A DNA stretch of 20,844 nucleotides from Candidatus Hadarchaeota archaeon. Its GTDB lineage: Archaea; CAYQAE01; CAYVLA01. Where the stretch lies: positions 1 to 20,844 of the forward strand of contig CAYVLA010000055.1 in assembly GCA_964452145.1 (NCBI GenBank), read 5' to 3'. A model generated the notes under the pieces. That model did not search any database and had not been told where the DNA came from. It worked only from the letters and a program-made list of their open reading frames with translations. The position numbers and the translations under genes are program-made. Of this stretch, positions 1-7,908 are shown in pieces. Each line of letters starts with the position of its first letter. Position 1 is the first letter of the stretch.

Positions 1-1219
1 CCAGTATCCTGGAGCACCGGGCCGATGCCTTGCACCTCTCCCCGGGAACGAGGCCGACGAGCGGCCTGAAAGGATCGGCCGCCCCGCTTCCCAGAACGAG
101 TCCCGTCACCGGCCCTATGAAGCTCCGTGGCAAACGTGGGGAAGCGAAGTACTGAAGATAGCCCATATCCCCCTGCCTCACAACGCCGAGCGCCACCCGT
201 CGAAGCTCGTTTGAGACGATCCTTCTGTACTCCCTTAGGCCGGCCATCACCTTGTCGTATTGAGCCGATCGATCTCCCAGGAGCACCTCCATGACCTCTG
301 CCACAAGGCCCATCCTGGCCGCGGAGTTAACGAAGGTGGCGAACTCGGAGGCGTACTGAAGCGGACGCCGCTCCCCGACCATTCGATACACACTGCCTAT
401 GATCATCTTGGGGACGTATCTCGCCACATCAGGAGCCGTCCTAGAGATGCACCGGACCACAAGTTCCGAGGCCAGCTTTCGTCTCTCCTCCTGGCTGAGA
501 TCACGAAGGGTGCGGAAACCCCTTTCATCGCTCGCCGGAATCCCGAGGCTTGAGAGTAGCTGCATCGAACCGGACTCCGTTCCCGAGACGCCGGGAATGG
601 GAGGGTCTTGGAAGGACTTTAGGGCCAGATGAAGCGGCCTGCTCTCCCTGCCGTAGAGCAATACGTCCTTTTCCTCCCGAACCAGATGGGCGGCCTTGGC
701 ATCGGCCAGTATGGTCCTGTTGGGACCCCTCAGGTCGCCCAGGAAATCCTGCCGATCCGCGACCGCCCCGATGAGTGCTATCGCCGACATCGCGTCGCCT
801 GCGGTGGCCCTCTTGTGGAGAAGATATGCCAACCCGGCCCCGCTGATCTCCGTGGACCCATCCAGGCCCGCGGCATGCGCGTTCACGTGGACGAGGCCCT
901 TCCATCCCCTTCCCGAAGGCCTGTGATGATCCAGAATCAGTACATCCCGGCCTCTGAACCGGGACAGCCCGCCCAGCTGCCCGCTCCCGATATCCACGAA
1001 TATGCTCAGTCCCTCGGTGGGTCTGGCACTCCGAATCTCCTCAGGCAAGAGGGCCGAGACCGTGGTCTTGATCCCCCAAGCCCGGGCCAGATGGCCCAGG
1101 ATCGTCGCGCCGCAGATGCCGTCGGCATCCCGGTGGCAGAATATTCTCCCCCTCCGGGCAGATTTCATGGCGCCCTCGGCCCGATCCAGTCCCAGCTGAA
1201 GCCTGCGATCCTCTGCCAT
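1..1219 (-). CDS. DHH-family phosphoesterase, archaeal RecJ/GAN (Cdc45-related) ssDNA exonuclease; 3' end truncated by window edge
   Basis: Manual translation from ATG 1219 (preceded by AAGGTG) is open to position 2: MAEDRRLQLG...IFCHRDADGICG...IFVDIGSGQL...LILDHH...VNAHAAGLDGSTEISGAGLAY...IGAVADRQD...YGRESRPL...KASARC. All DHH motifs and the start of the DHHA1 domain are present. Not listed in the ORF track. Confidence 0.92.
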   Translation of the reverse strand, partial: MAEDRRLQLGLDRAEGAMKSARRGRIFCHRDADGICGATILGHLARAWGIKTTVSALLPEEIRSARPTEGLSIFVDIGSGQLGGLSRFRGRDVLILDHHRPSGRGWKGLVHVNAHAAGLDGSTEISGAGLAYLLHKRATAGDAMSAIALIGAVADRQDFLGDLRGPNRTILADAKAAHLVREEKDVLLYGRESRPLHLALKSFQDPPIPGVSGTESGSMQLLSSLGIPASDERGFRTLRDLSQEERRKLASELVVRCISRTAPDVARYVPKMIIGSVYRMVGERRPLQYASEFATFVNSAARMGLVAEVMEVLLGDRSAQYDKVMAGLREYRRIVSNELRRVALGVVRQGDMGYLQYFASPRLPRSFIGPVTGLVLGSGAADPFRPLVGLVPGERCKASARCSRIL

Positions 1220-1244
1220 CACCTTGCACCGCGAGGCGGAGGAC

Positions 1245-1661
1245 CTACCAGAGAAGCTCCTCACCCTTCTTGACTAGCTCGATCATCGCGCTGGATTCGA
1301 CTTCGTCGGTTCCGTAGCCGATCTTCCCGGCCACCTTGTATATGAAACCGGTCTGGGCATCGGGAGGGATCGTGAAGCCAAACTCCAAGCACGCTGACTC
1401 CTCCTTTCGAAGCGGCCCGAAATCCTTCACCATGGCTTCTATCTTCCATTCCTCCGGAGGAGCCAGGGTTACCTTCCCGATAACCTCGTCCAGCTTGTCG
1501 TTCACTATCGTGACCTTGTACCTCACCGAGTTTCCCGGGTACTGGGGGCTGGTCTTGGGCTCGATGGAGTAGCGTATGGGGATCTCTTCCTTCTTGCTGG
1601 CGCTGATCTTGGTCTTCTCGGACTTCTTCGTCTTGAAGAGGAATAGAAGCACGGAGGTCAC
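1245..1661 (-). CDS. Hypothetical protein with a single Ig-like (NEW3/CARDB-like) beta-sandwich domain
   Basis: Pattern PG-x-S-x-x-YKVTIVN...VTLAPPEEW...GPL...S...F-x-FTIPPDA-x-x-G is typical of NEW3-like domains. GTG start with GAGGT upstream and a TATA box about 27 nt upstream. Confidence 0.7.
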   Translation of the reverse strand: MTSVLLFLFKTKKSEKTKISASKKEEIPIRYSIEPKTSPQYPGNSVRYKVTIVNDKLDEVIGKVTLAPPEEWKIEAMVKDFGPLRKEESACLEFGFTIPPDAQTGFIYKVAGKIGYGTDEVESSAMIELVKKGEELLW

Positions 1662-1685
1662 CTACCTCAAGAGGCGGCCGATGTT

Positions 1686-1697
1686 CTATAAATATTA
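1686..1697 (-). promoter_or_regulatory. Archaeal TATA box for the 1661 gene and probably the DHH nuclease
   Basis: Minus strand reads TAATATTTATAG, an AT island in GC-rich DNA about 27 nt upstream of GTG 1661. Confidence 0.7.
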
Positions 1698-1723
1698 CCG
1701 AAGTCGGTCGGTCAGAACCCAGC

Positions 1724-2938
1724 CTATCGCAGGGAACTGGTCATCCCCACTTCCCGGTACAGACGCCGCCTTACCATCAGGCTCCATGTCACGAAGGCGA
1801 TGACGAACAGAGCCCCCGTGACAACCGACCACTCTACGAGATACATCCACAGAAAGGCCCTCTTCTTCAGTTCCACGGCCTTCCTCTCGATTCCCTGCAT
1901 GGCCTCGAACATGGAGGCAACGTGGCTTATGGCCTCATCGTACCTCTGCTCGAAGTAGAGCTGCCTCGCCACGGATCGGCCTTCGGTTATGAGCGCCAGA
2001 TCCTCCTCTAAGGCAACCACATTCGCACCGAATCTGTCTATGAACTCCACAATCGATATCGTCACGGAGCGCAGCAAGAGGTAGTCGGCCAGGCTGGCCC
2101 GGAGCATGTGCACCTTGTATATGTCCACTATCGGCTCCTTGCCGACCGACCAGTAGACCATGTTGAGGAACAAGTCGCCCCCATAAGGGTTCGCGGAGCT
2201 CTGTCCCCGCATCGAGGAGCCCCACCACGGTTCGTCCAAATCGTTGGCAACGTTTGAAGTCCTAGCTCCCTTGTCCCCGACGATCCAACTCACGAAGAAA
2301 GGCGCGTTGTGGGGGACCACCTGCGCCCATATCGTCGATCCGATCTTGGGATATAGCCGCCTGCACCAAGAGCCCGCATACCTTTCGATCCCAAGTGCCG
2401 CAAAGGGGGTGAAGATCGGAGGCAGGTCACTTCCCAGATCCACCGCTATCCTGAAGCTGCCCGGCAGGATCTTGAAATCGCCCGCGTAGTCATGTGGCAT
2501 CAACTCCGCCAGGGTCGTGGCGGCCCATCTCGCTTCCTCGTAGTCCTCGTTTGCCACAGCGTTGAATAGGGCAACTCCCTCCTTTCCCACCGCCTCGTGC
2601 ATCATCATCTGCTGCTTGACGGTCGTGTACCAGACGAATAGCTCCTCTTCCTCGCATATCACGATCATGTCGTAAAGCTCTAGGAGCCGCTTCAACGTAC
2701 GCGGAAGATATATGGCGGTGTACTTCACAAGCTCGGCTTCGGAGAGGCTTCGTTGAGCCATCGGTATCTCGAAATAGTCGATAATGAGATCCTGATCGAG
2801 CCAGTCATTTATGGGCGATCCCGCTCGCCCGACGTCTCCGAGAAGCAGCAGACCGATGCCGCCCTCCAGGTTTGTGAGGCACTTGCCAACCGGGATGACG
2901 ATTAGGAGGACCAACATGACCTTGAAGGCCCTCTGCAT
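1724..2938 (-). CDS. Secreted, C-terminally anchored GATase1-like (DUF1355-like) protein, paralog 1
   Basis: Start moved from 3187 to ATG 2938 (alternative 2917), which gives a signal peptide MQRAFKVMLVLLIVIPV and matches paralog lengths. Contains YLPRT..LLELYDMI and PFFVSW..., a helical stalk, and WMYLVEW-TM-LMVRRRLYREV shared with the other three paralogs. Confidence 0.8.
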   Translation of the reverse strand: MQRAFKVMLVLLIVIPVGKCLTNLEGGIGLLLLGDVGRAGSPINDWLDQDLIIDYFEIPMAQRSLSEAELVKYTAIYLPRTLKRLLELYDMIVICEEEELFVWYTTVKQQMMMHEAVGKEGVALFNAVANEDYEEARWAATTLAELMPHDYAGDFKILPGSFRIAVDLGSDLPPIFTPFAALGIERYAGSWCRRLYPKIGSTIWAQVVPHNAPFFVSWIVGDKGARTSNVANDLDEPWWGSSMRGQSSANPYGGDLFLNMVYWSVGKEPIVDIYKVHMLRASLADYLLLRSVTISIVEFIDRFGANVVALEEDLALITEGRSVARQLYFEQRYDEAISHVASMFEAMQGIERKAVELKKRAFLWMYLVEWSVVTGALFVIAFVTWSLMVRRRLYREVGMTSSLR

Positions 2939-3312
2939 GATCAAGGGGGGCGCCCATTCCCTGAAAAACCTATCGTGGTTGCCCTTGCCCTTGGCCTGAC
3001 CTGAGCTGGTTCTAGGTTGTCGGCATCCTCTCAGCGCTGCGTGCTCACACCTGTTAGCATTCAGGCAAACCGGACTGGGATCACCCCAGCCTTTGTCCTT
3101 GGGAGAGAGGAAAAATGGCTCTATTCCAGGCGAACCTGTGAAGACGGTGTTGGGGCGGTGAACAAGCATCGTGGCGGTCCTAGCCATCTATCCAGCGGTT
3201 TCAGGTGAGGCAAGAACCTGTTAGCGCTCTTCATCGTCGCGAACTGGATTTCGCTCGACCCAAGGTCGCAGCCAGCACGAGGAGCCATTCCCATCGGGGG
3301 CTGGGGGTGGGA

Positions 3313-3321
3313 CTTTTATAG
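3313..3321 (+). promoter_or_regulatory. TATA box of the beta-propeller gene
   Basis: CTTTTATAG about 36 nt upstream of ATG 3357. Confidence 0.6.
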
Positions 3322-3356
3322 TACGAATGTCTAGGTTTGTCTGGGAGTGTGGGCGG

Positions 3357-4565
3357 ATGAAGATTAGCCTCGTCGTAGCCATTCTCTTCTTGGATCTGCT
3401 CGGTGTGGGCTTTGTTCGAGCGCAGCCGTTCTTGGTCTGGAACCAGACATACGGGGAGTTGCACGGTGAGTTGACGAGCGTGGTGCCAGACGGGGTTGGG
3501 GGCTTTGTCATCGCCGGATACACCAGCTCCCTTGGAGCGAGATATGACGACGTCTATCTGATGAAGATTGACGCTCAGGGCGACAAAGTATGGGAGCGGA
3601 TCTATGGGACCGCAGAGAATGACTATGCCCAAGCCGTGGTTCAGAGTGGGGATGGAGGCTTTGTGGTTGCTGGTTATTCCAACTGCCCCCTGAGCTACCT
3701 AGAAGCGGGGTCCTGCGACATCTACCTCCTGAAGATTGATGCAGACGGCGACAAGGTCTGGGAGAAGATTTACGGAGGGGACCGCTACGAGTGGGCTAAC
3801 TGCGTTGCACGATCCGATGACGGAGGCTTCGTGGCCGCAGGCGGCTCGGGAGACGATGTCTACATCATCAAGGTTGATGCCAACGGAGACAAGGTCTGGG
3901 AAAGGACCTACGCGGCTGGCAGGAAACAGAGAGCCGAAGCCATCACGGAAAGCGGCGATGGAGGCTACGTCTTGACAGGCTTCGGCAATAACGAAGACGA
4001 TGTCTATGTTTTGAGGATTGACTCTGAGGGCGGTAAGGTCTGGGAGAACACCTACGGCGGATCCGGTATAGATCTTGCGCACGGAAAGGCGGTAGCCCGG
4101 TGCGGTGAAGGATTCATAGTGGCGGGATTCGTATCCACCTACTCCAGCCCTTCCTGGTTCCTCTACCTCCTTGGCCTGGATGGGTACGGCAACAAGATCT
4201 GGGAGAAGATACACGACACGACACCACGCTCCAACGGCAATGATATCATTCGAAGTGGAGAGGGGTTCACCGTGGTCGGTCGGCTCGGAGAGCGAGCCTA
4301 TCTCCTCCATATCAACAGCTATGGCGACAAGGTATGGGAAACGACCAATCCCTACTGCAAGGAGGCCAAAGCAATCACCGAGGCGGGCAACGGGGGGTTT
4401 GTCTTCGTCGGTAGTCACTTCTATGTGGCAAAGATCGAGGGCACACCTTACCCAGTACTCGAACTCCCCGTCACTGAGATGTGGGTTATTGTGTTGGTGA
4501 CAGCCTCGATCAGATGCTATCGGAAGATCCGGCGCACCCCCGCTGTGGTCTTAGGTTGCTCGTGA
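3357..4565 (+). CDS. Secreted seven-bladed beta-propeller repeat surface protein with a possible degenerate sorting tail
   Basis: Signal peptide MKISLVVAILFLDLLGVGFVRA. Seven repeats of about 45-55 aa: W-E-x-x-Y-G...DGGF(V/I)xAG...D(V/I)Y(L/I)xK(I/V)DxxGDKV. C-terminus PVTE-hydrophobic-RCYRKIRR. Confidence 0.85.
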   Translation: MKISLVVAILFLDLLGVGFVRAQPFLVWNQTYGELHGELTSVVPDGVGGFVIAGYTSSLGARYDDVYLMKIDAQGDKVWERIYGTAENDYAQAVVQSGDGGFVVAGYSNCPLSYLEAGSCDIYLLKIDADGDKVWEKIYGGDRYEWANCVARSDDGGFVAAGGSGDDVYIIKVDANGDKVWERTYAAGRKQRAEAITESGDGGYVLTGFGNNEDDVYVLRIDSEGGKVWENTYGGSGIDLAHGKAVARCGEGFIVAGFVSTYSSPSWFLYLLGLDGYGNKIWEKIHDTTPRSNGNDIIRSGEGFTVVGRLGERAYLLHINSYGDKVWETTNPYCKEAKAITEAGNGGFVFVGSHFYVAKIEGTPYPVLELPVTEMWVIVLVTASIRCYRKIRRTPAVVLGCS

Positions 4566-4803
4566 TTGACTCCAACCAAGCTGTTGTCGGCGCCAGCATC
4601 GTCGTCCGCCAAGTAAGAGAAAGGAGAAAAGCGAACCAAGGGCCACAAGCTCGGACAAAGCCGGGAGCATGAGGAAGAGGCGGACAGGACGGCGCTGAGA
4701 GCACCCAGCGCTGCCCCTTCCCTTCCCCGAAACCGTGGAATTGCCTCGCTGCGGCCTTGAAGGCCAAACAGATTTTTCTTGCTCGGTGACCTGGGAAGGA
4801 TCC

Positions 4804-5295
4804 ATGGACGTGGAGATCGAAGCTATCGCGATGGAGAAGGAACCCGATGACCAGTTGATCGTGGGCATGGCCAACTTCACGATCAAGACCTGCGATGACC
4901 TCTTCAGAGCGGTGCTCGCCGCGGTTCCGGGAGTCAGGGTGGGCGTCGCCATGAATGAGGCTGCACCGAGGCTGACCAGGGTGACGGGTAATGATCCTCG
5001 CCTGGAGGGCCTGGCCTCTAGGAACGCCCTCGCCTTGGCCGCTTCCCACGCGTTCGTCGTGATCATGAGAGGCGCCTACCCGGTGAACGTCCTTGACAAG
5101 ATCCGAAACGTGCCGGGCGTGTGCGGGATCCTCGGGGCCACCGCCAACCCCTGTCAGGTGATCGTCGGTAGGACTGCTCTTGGCAATGCGCTGCTCGGCT
5201 TCGTCGACGGCAACCGGGTCGATTCAATAGAGGACGAGGCGGGACGTGCCCAGCGTAGGGACCTCGTGAAGAGGATCGGCTACCCGCTGGGCTGA
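4804..5295 (+). CDS. Adenosine-specific kinase family protein (DUF355/PAE2307-like)
   Basis: Family motifs IKT-x-DDL, GND, SHAF, YPVNVL, ATANP-x-QVIV, LGFVDG and terminal R...IGY. ATG 4804 gives a typical length of about 160 aa, with a T-rich element about 26 nt upstream. Confidence 0.9.
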   Translation: MDVEIEAIAMEKEPDDQLIVGMANFTIKTCDDLFRAVLAAVPGVRVGVAMNEAAPRLTRVTGNDPRLEGLASRNALALAASHAFVVIMRGAYPVNVLDKIRNVPGVCGILGATANPCQVIVGRTALGNALLGFVDGNRVDSIEDEAGRAQRRDLVKRIGYPLG

Positions 5296-6314
5296 TGGGG
5301 TGTCGGGGGCAGGTCGAAGACCCATGCCCTCCAGCGCCATACGAAGCCGGGGTCCTCGACCAGTTCCTTGGTGATCTTGCCCGGCAGCGTGAGCCTCACC
5401 ACGCGGTATGCGTCCAGCTCGGGAAACGAGTCTCGGAACGCAGCGAGGGTTCTGTCGTCCCCTTCGAGGAGGACGTACTCGGGGCGGGACCTGGCCAGTA
5501 TGTCCCCCGCCACCTCTCCAGCCTCTAAGAGGAGGTGCTTGACCTGGTCCTCCCGGGATCTGGAGAAGCGGGCCTGGCTGGATCCACCTTTCTTGGAGCG
5601 GCCAATCACGTCCTTCTCCTCAAAGACCCATTCCCTCACCTTGCCGTTCAAGATGCATAAGGCGTACATGTCCCGGTGAACGGAGATGAGCCCCACAAGC
5701 GGACGCTTCAGGCAGGGCTCGATGATCGAGTAGTCGAACGCCTCCCCCAGCTTTCTTTCCTCGGTCTGGACTGGCAGGGGGGGCTCAAGGAAGCATGCCT
5801 TGTTCCCACACGTGAAAGCAACGATCCCCCTTCCCCCTCTACCGATCCTGGAGACCCACGCAGCCATCCCCGGGATATCGCCCAGCAGGGCCGCACACCC
5901 CGCCGGTCCAACCGCCGCGCTCAGGCAGACTCTGCCCTCTCGGAACTGGACTGCTTGGAGGAAGCCCATGACCTGGCTGGCATCCAGCTCTGTCTCCCGG
6001 TCCAGTACCGCAACAAGCTGAACATCCGGGCTGGGCGCGGCAACGGCGACCAGATCCCTGGTTAGCCGCTCCAGCTCTCTTGACTTGTCCTCCAATTCCC
6101 TCTCCGCCCTTCCGCGGCGCTCCTCCTCCTCTGCCCTGCGGCGTCTTTCGGCCCCGGCCTTCTCCAAGGCACCCTCCAACTGCCGCGTGACCTTCTCCAG
6201 CTCCGACCGGGTCTCGTCGAACTGGTCCTCGAGTTGGGCGAGGCGCTTCCTAGCCTCGCCCAGCTCCTGCGAAACCCTGTCGTAGTCCGAGATGCGCCTC
6301 AGTATCCCGGTCAT
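5280..6314 (-). CDS. Archaeal Vms1-like release factor (aVLRF1), putative peptidyl-tRNA hydrolase/ribosome rescue factor
   Basis: N-terminal coiled coil, a PPLPV linker, then an aeRF1-like domain with DVIGRSKKGGSSQARFSRSREDQ, which matches the VLRF1 GGxSQxRF loop rather than GGQ. Confidence 0.85.
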   Translation of the reverse strand: MTGILRRISDYDRVSQELGEARKRLAQLEDQFDETRSELEKVTRQLEGALEKAGAERRRRAEEEERRGRAERELEDKSRELERLTRDLVAVAAPSPDVQLVAVLDRETELDASQVMGFLQAVQFREGRVCLSAAVGPAGCAALLGDIPGMAAWVSRIGRGGRGIVAFTCGNKACFLEPPLPVQTEERKLGEAFDYSIIEPCLKRPLVGLISVHRDMYALCILNGKVREWVFEEKDVIGRSKKGGSSQARFSRSREDQVKHLLLEAGEVAGDILARSRPEYVLLEGDDRTLAAFRDSFPELDAYRVVRLTLPGKITKELVEDPGFVWRWRAWVFDLPPTPHQPSG

Positions 6315-7531
6315 CCGTTTCCCCCCGACTCCGGTGCGTGTATATATCCTTTGGCTGCCCCTCCGTCTCCGTCCACCCGTCTCCCCGACCGGGATGAGAC
6401 CACGACCCAGGTCATCCCGGCCGCGGCCAACGAAAGGACAGCCATGCAGCCAAACGCGGCAGGCAGGCCAAGATAGTAGTTCACCGTGGACGCTGCCACA
6501 GGGCTCATAGCCCCTCCGAGGAATCGTGCCGAACTCATCAGACCTATGGCGGTGCCCTTCTCGCTTCGTCCCTGCGTAACGAGGCTGAATAGCTGGGTGG
6601 GCACTGCCGAATGAAGGATTCCCTGCCCTGCCCGCAGAAAGACCAAGGAGGGCAGCGAGATGAGGAAGCCTTGGCCCAATATTGCTCCGGACTGGAGGAC
6701 CAGGAGCATCGGCATGCCCCGCATAGGAATCCTTCTGCTCGTTATGGGGACCGAGGCCGCAAAGGCCACATCGCTGACGGCAAGGATTATGCCGGTGTAC
6801 AGAGTGAGGTCGCCCACGCCCACGCCCGCCGACCTCAGATACACCGGGAGAATAGGGCCAAGAAAGGCAAGCGAGGCCCTCACCAGAAGCATGGCCGAGA
6901 ACTCACGGTGCAGCCCCGCCAAACCTCTGAGGCTAGGCCTCGCGATGCCTCCGCCGCCCCCGCCGGGCCAATCCAAGGCGAGCACGAAGGGAATCACGCA
7001 AGCTATTGAGACGCTGGAGATCAGAAAACATGCCCTGAACCCGATGAATGGCGCGGCGAATCCCCCGAACAGAGGTCCAAGCACGCCTCCCAGAAGAAGG
7101 GCAGACTGCTGGTAGCCCAGGGCTCCCGCCAGGTCGTCCTTGCCCGCTGCGGACGCTATGGCAGCCATGGCTACAACGCTGACGCCCCCAAGAAGCCCCC
7201 TCACACTCCTAAGCAGCAGGATCGTCGGTACATCGGGGGCGAACGCCATCATCCCGGTGATGATGCTGTGGGTAACGAGAACTCTGACCATCATCTTCTT
7301 GGCACCATAGCGATCGGTCATCCATCCCCACAGGGGCGAGGATATCGCAAGAAGCGCGCCGCCCATGAAGGTTCCGATCCCCGACCAGAGCGCTGCTTCC
7401 TTGAGGCTGGGCACGCCGAGATCCTGGTATATGAAGAGCGTAAGAAAGGCATTGACGAAGGTCATCGACAGGGTGACCACGAACTGGATCAAGCACGAGG
7501 CAAGGATGATCCTCCGCAACTCCGATGGCAT
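6311..7531 (-). CDS. MFS transporter (DHA1/MdtG-like)
   Basis: About 12 hydrophobic segments, motif A variant SPLWGWMTDRYGAKKM, motif B LLRSVRGLLGG, motif C-like GGVLGPLFGG. Confidence 0.93.
   Translation of the reverse strand: MPSELRRIILASCLIQFVVTLSMTFVNAFLTLFIYQDLGVPSLKEAALWSGIGTFMGGALLAISSPLWGWMTDRYGAKKMMVRVLVTHSIITGMMAFAPDVPTILLLRSVRGLLGGVSVVAMAAIASAAGKDDLAGALGYQQSALLLGGVLGPLFGGFAAPFIGFRACFLISSVSIACVIPFVLALDWPGGGGGGIARPSLRGLAGLHREFSAMLLVRASLAFLGPILPVYLRSAGVGVGDLTLYTGIILAVSDVAFAASVPITSRRIPMRGMPMLLVLQSGAILGQGFLISLPSLVFLRAGQGILHSAVPTQLFSLVTQGRSEKGTAIGLMSSARFLGGAMSPVAASTVNYYLGLPAAFGCMAVLSLAAAGMTWVVVSSRSGRRVDGDGGAAKGYIHAPESGGNG
6339..6352 (-). promoter_or_regulatory. BRE+TATA promoter of aVLRF1, located inside the 3' end of the MFS ORF
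   Basis: Minus strand AAAGGATATATAC about 26 nt upstream of ATG 6314. Confidence 0.6.
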
Positions 7532-7554
7532 CGCCTAGTCGGCGTCCGGGCTCC

Positions 7555-7572
7555 TTGATAATCCTTTTATTC
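7555..7572. promoter_or_regulatory. Putative bidirectional promoter between MFS and the small ORF
   Basis: Single AT island. Minus strand AAAAGGATTATCAA lies about 25 nt before ATG 7531; plus strand TTTTAT lies about 35 nt before ATG 7605. Confidence 0.5.
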
Positions 7573-7604
7573 CTAGAGACCCATCCTGAAGCAGGGGGAC
7601 CAAG

Positions 7605-7850
7605 ATGGTAAGGGGCTGGGCCAAGCTGAAGAGGATCGACGGCGCCAAGGTAGTGCTGAGTTTCCGCGACGAGGAACTTGAACTGGATGAGCCCACGCAA
7701 TGGTGGAAGGTCCACCTAGACCGGATTGACCAGTGCCTGAAGGCGGGCCAGATCATGGCCTACGTGGACTCCGACCATATCGATAGACTGGTTCTCCAGA
7801 ACGCTGCAGGATCCCGCACGACCATCTACAGGCCCTGGAGACTCTGGTGA
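7605..7850 (+). CDS. Small hypothetical protein (81 aa, Trp-rich)
   Basis: Fills the gap cleanly, has a purine-rich RBS-like GGGGGA, GC-rich third positions and globular composition. No family recognised. Confidence 0.65.
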   Translation: MVRGWAKLKRIDGAKVVLSFRDEELELDEPTQWWKVHLDRIDQCLKAGQIMAYVDSDHIDRLVLQNAAGSRTTIYRPWRLW

Positions 7851-7908
7851 GCTTCCATTAGACAGGGACAGCTATAAGCGCCGGTGACGGATCGGCGAGG
7901 TGGTCTGC

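Noticed and set aside
260..1273. Plus-strand ORFs of 74-214 aa in the track
   Set aside because: Shadows of the minus-strand DHH nuclease; no motifs.
2939..3187. N-terminal extension of ORF 1724..3187
   Set aside because: Non-protein-like sequence preceding a signal peptide; paralog lengths support the start at 2938.
3575..4345. Recurrent GGCGACAAGGTCTGGGAG-like repeats, considered as a CRISPR array
   Set aside because: Degenerate, in frame and about 135-170 nt apart; they encode GDKVWE propeller blades.
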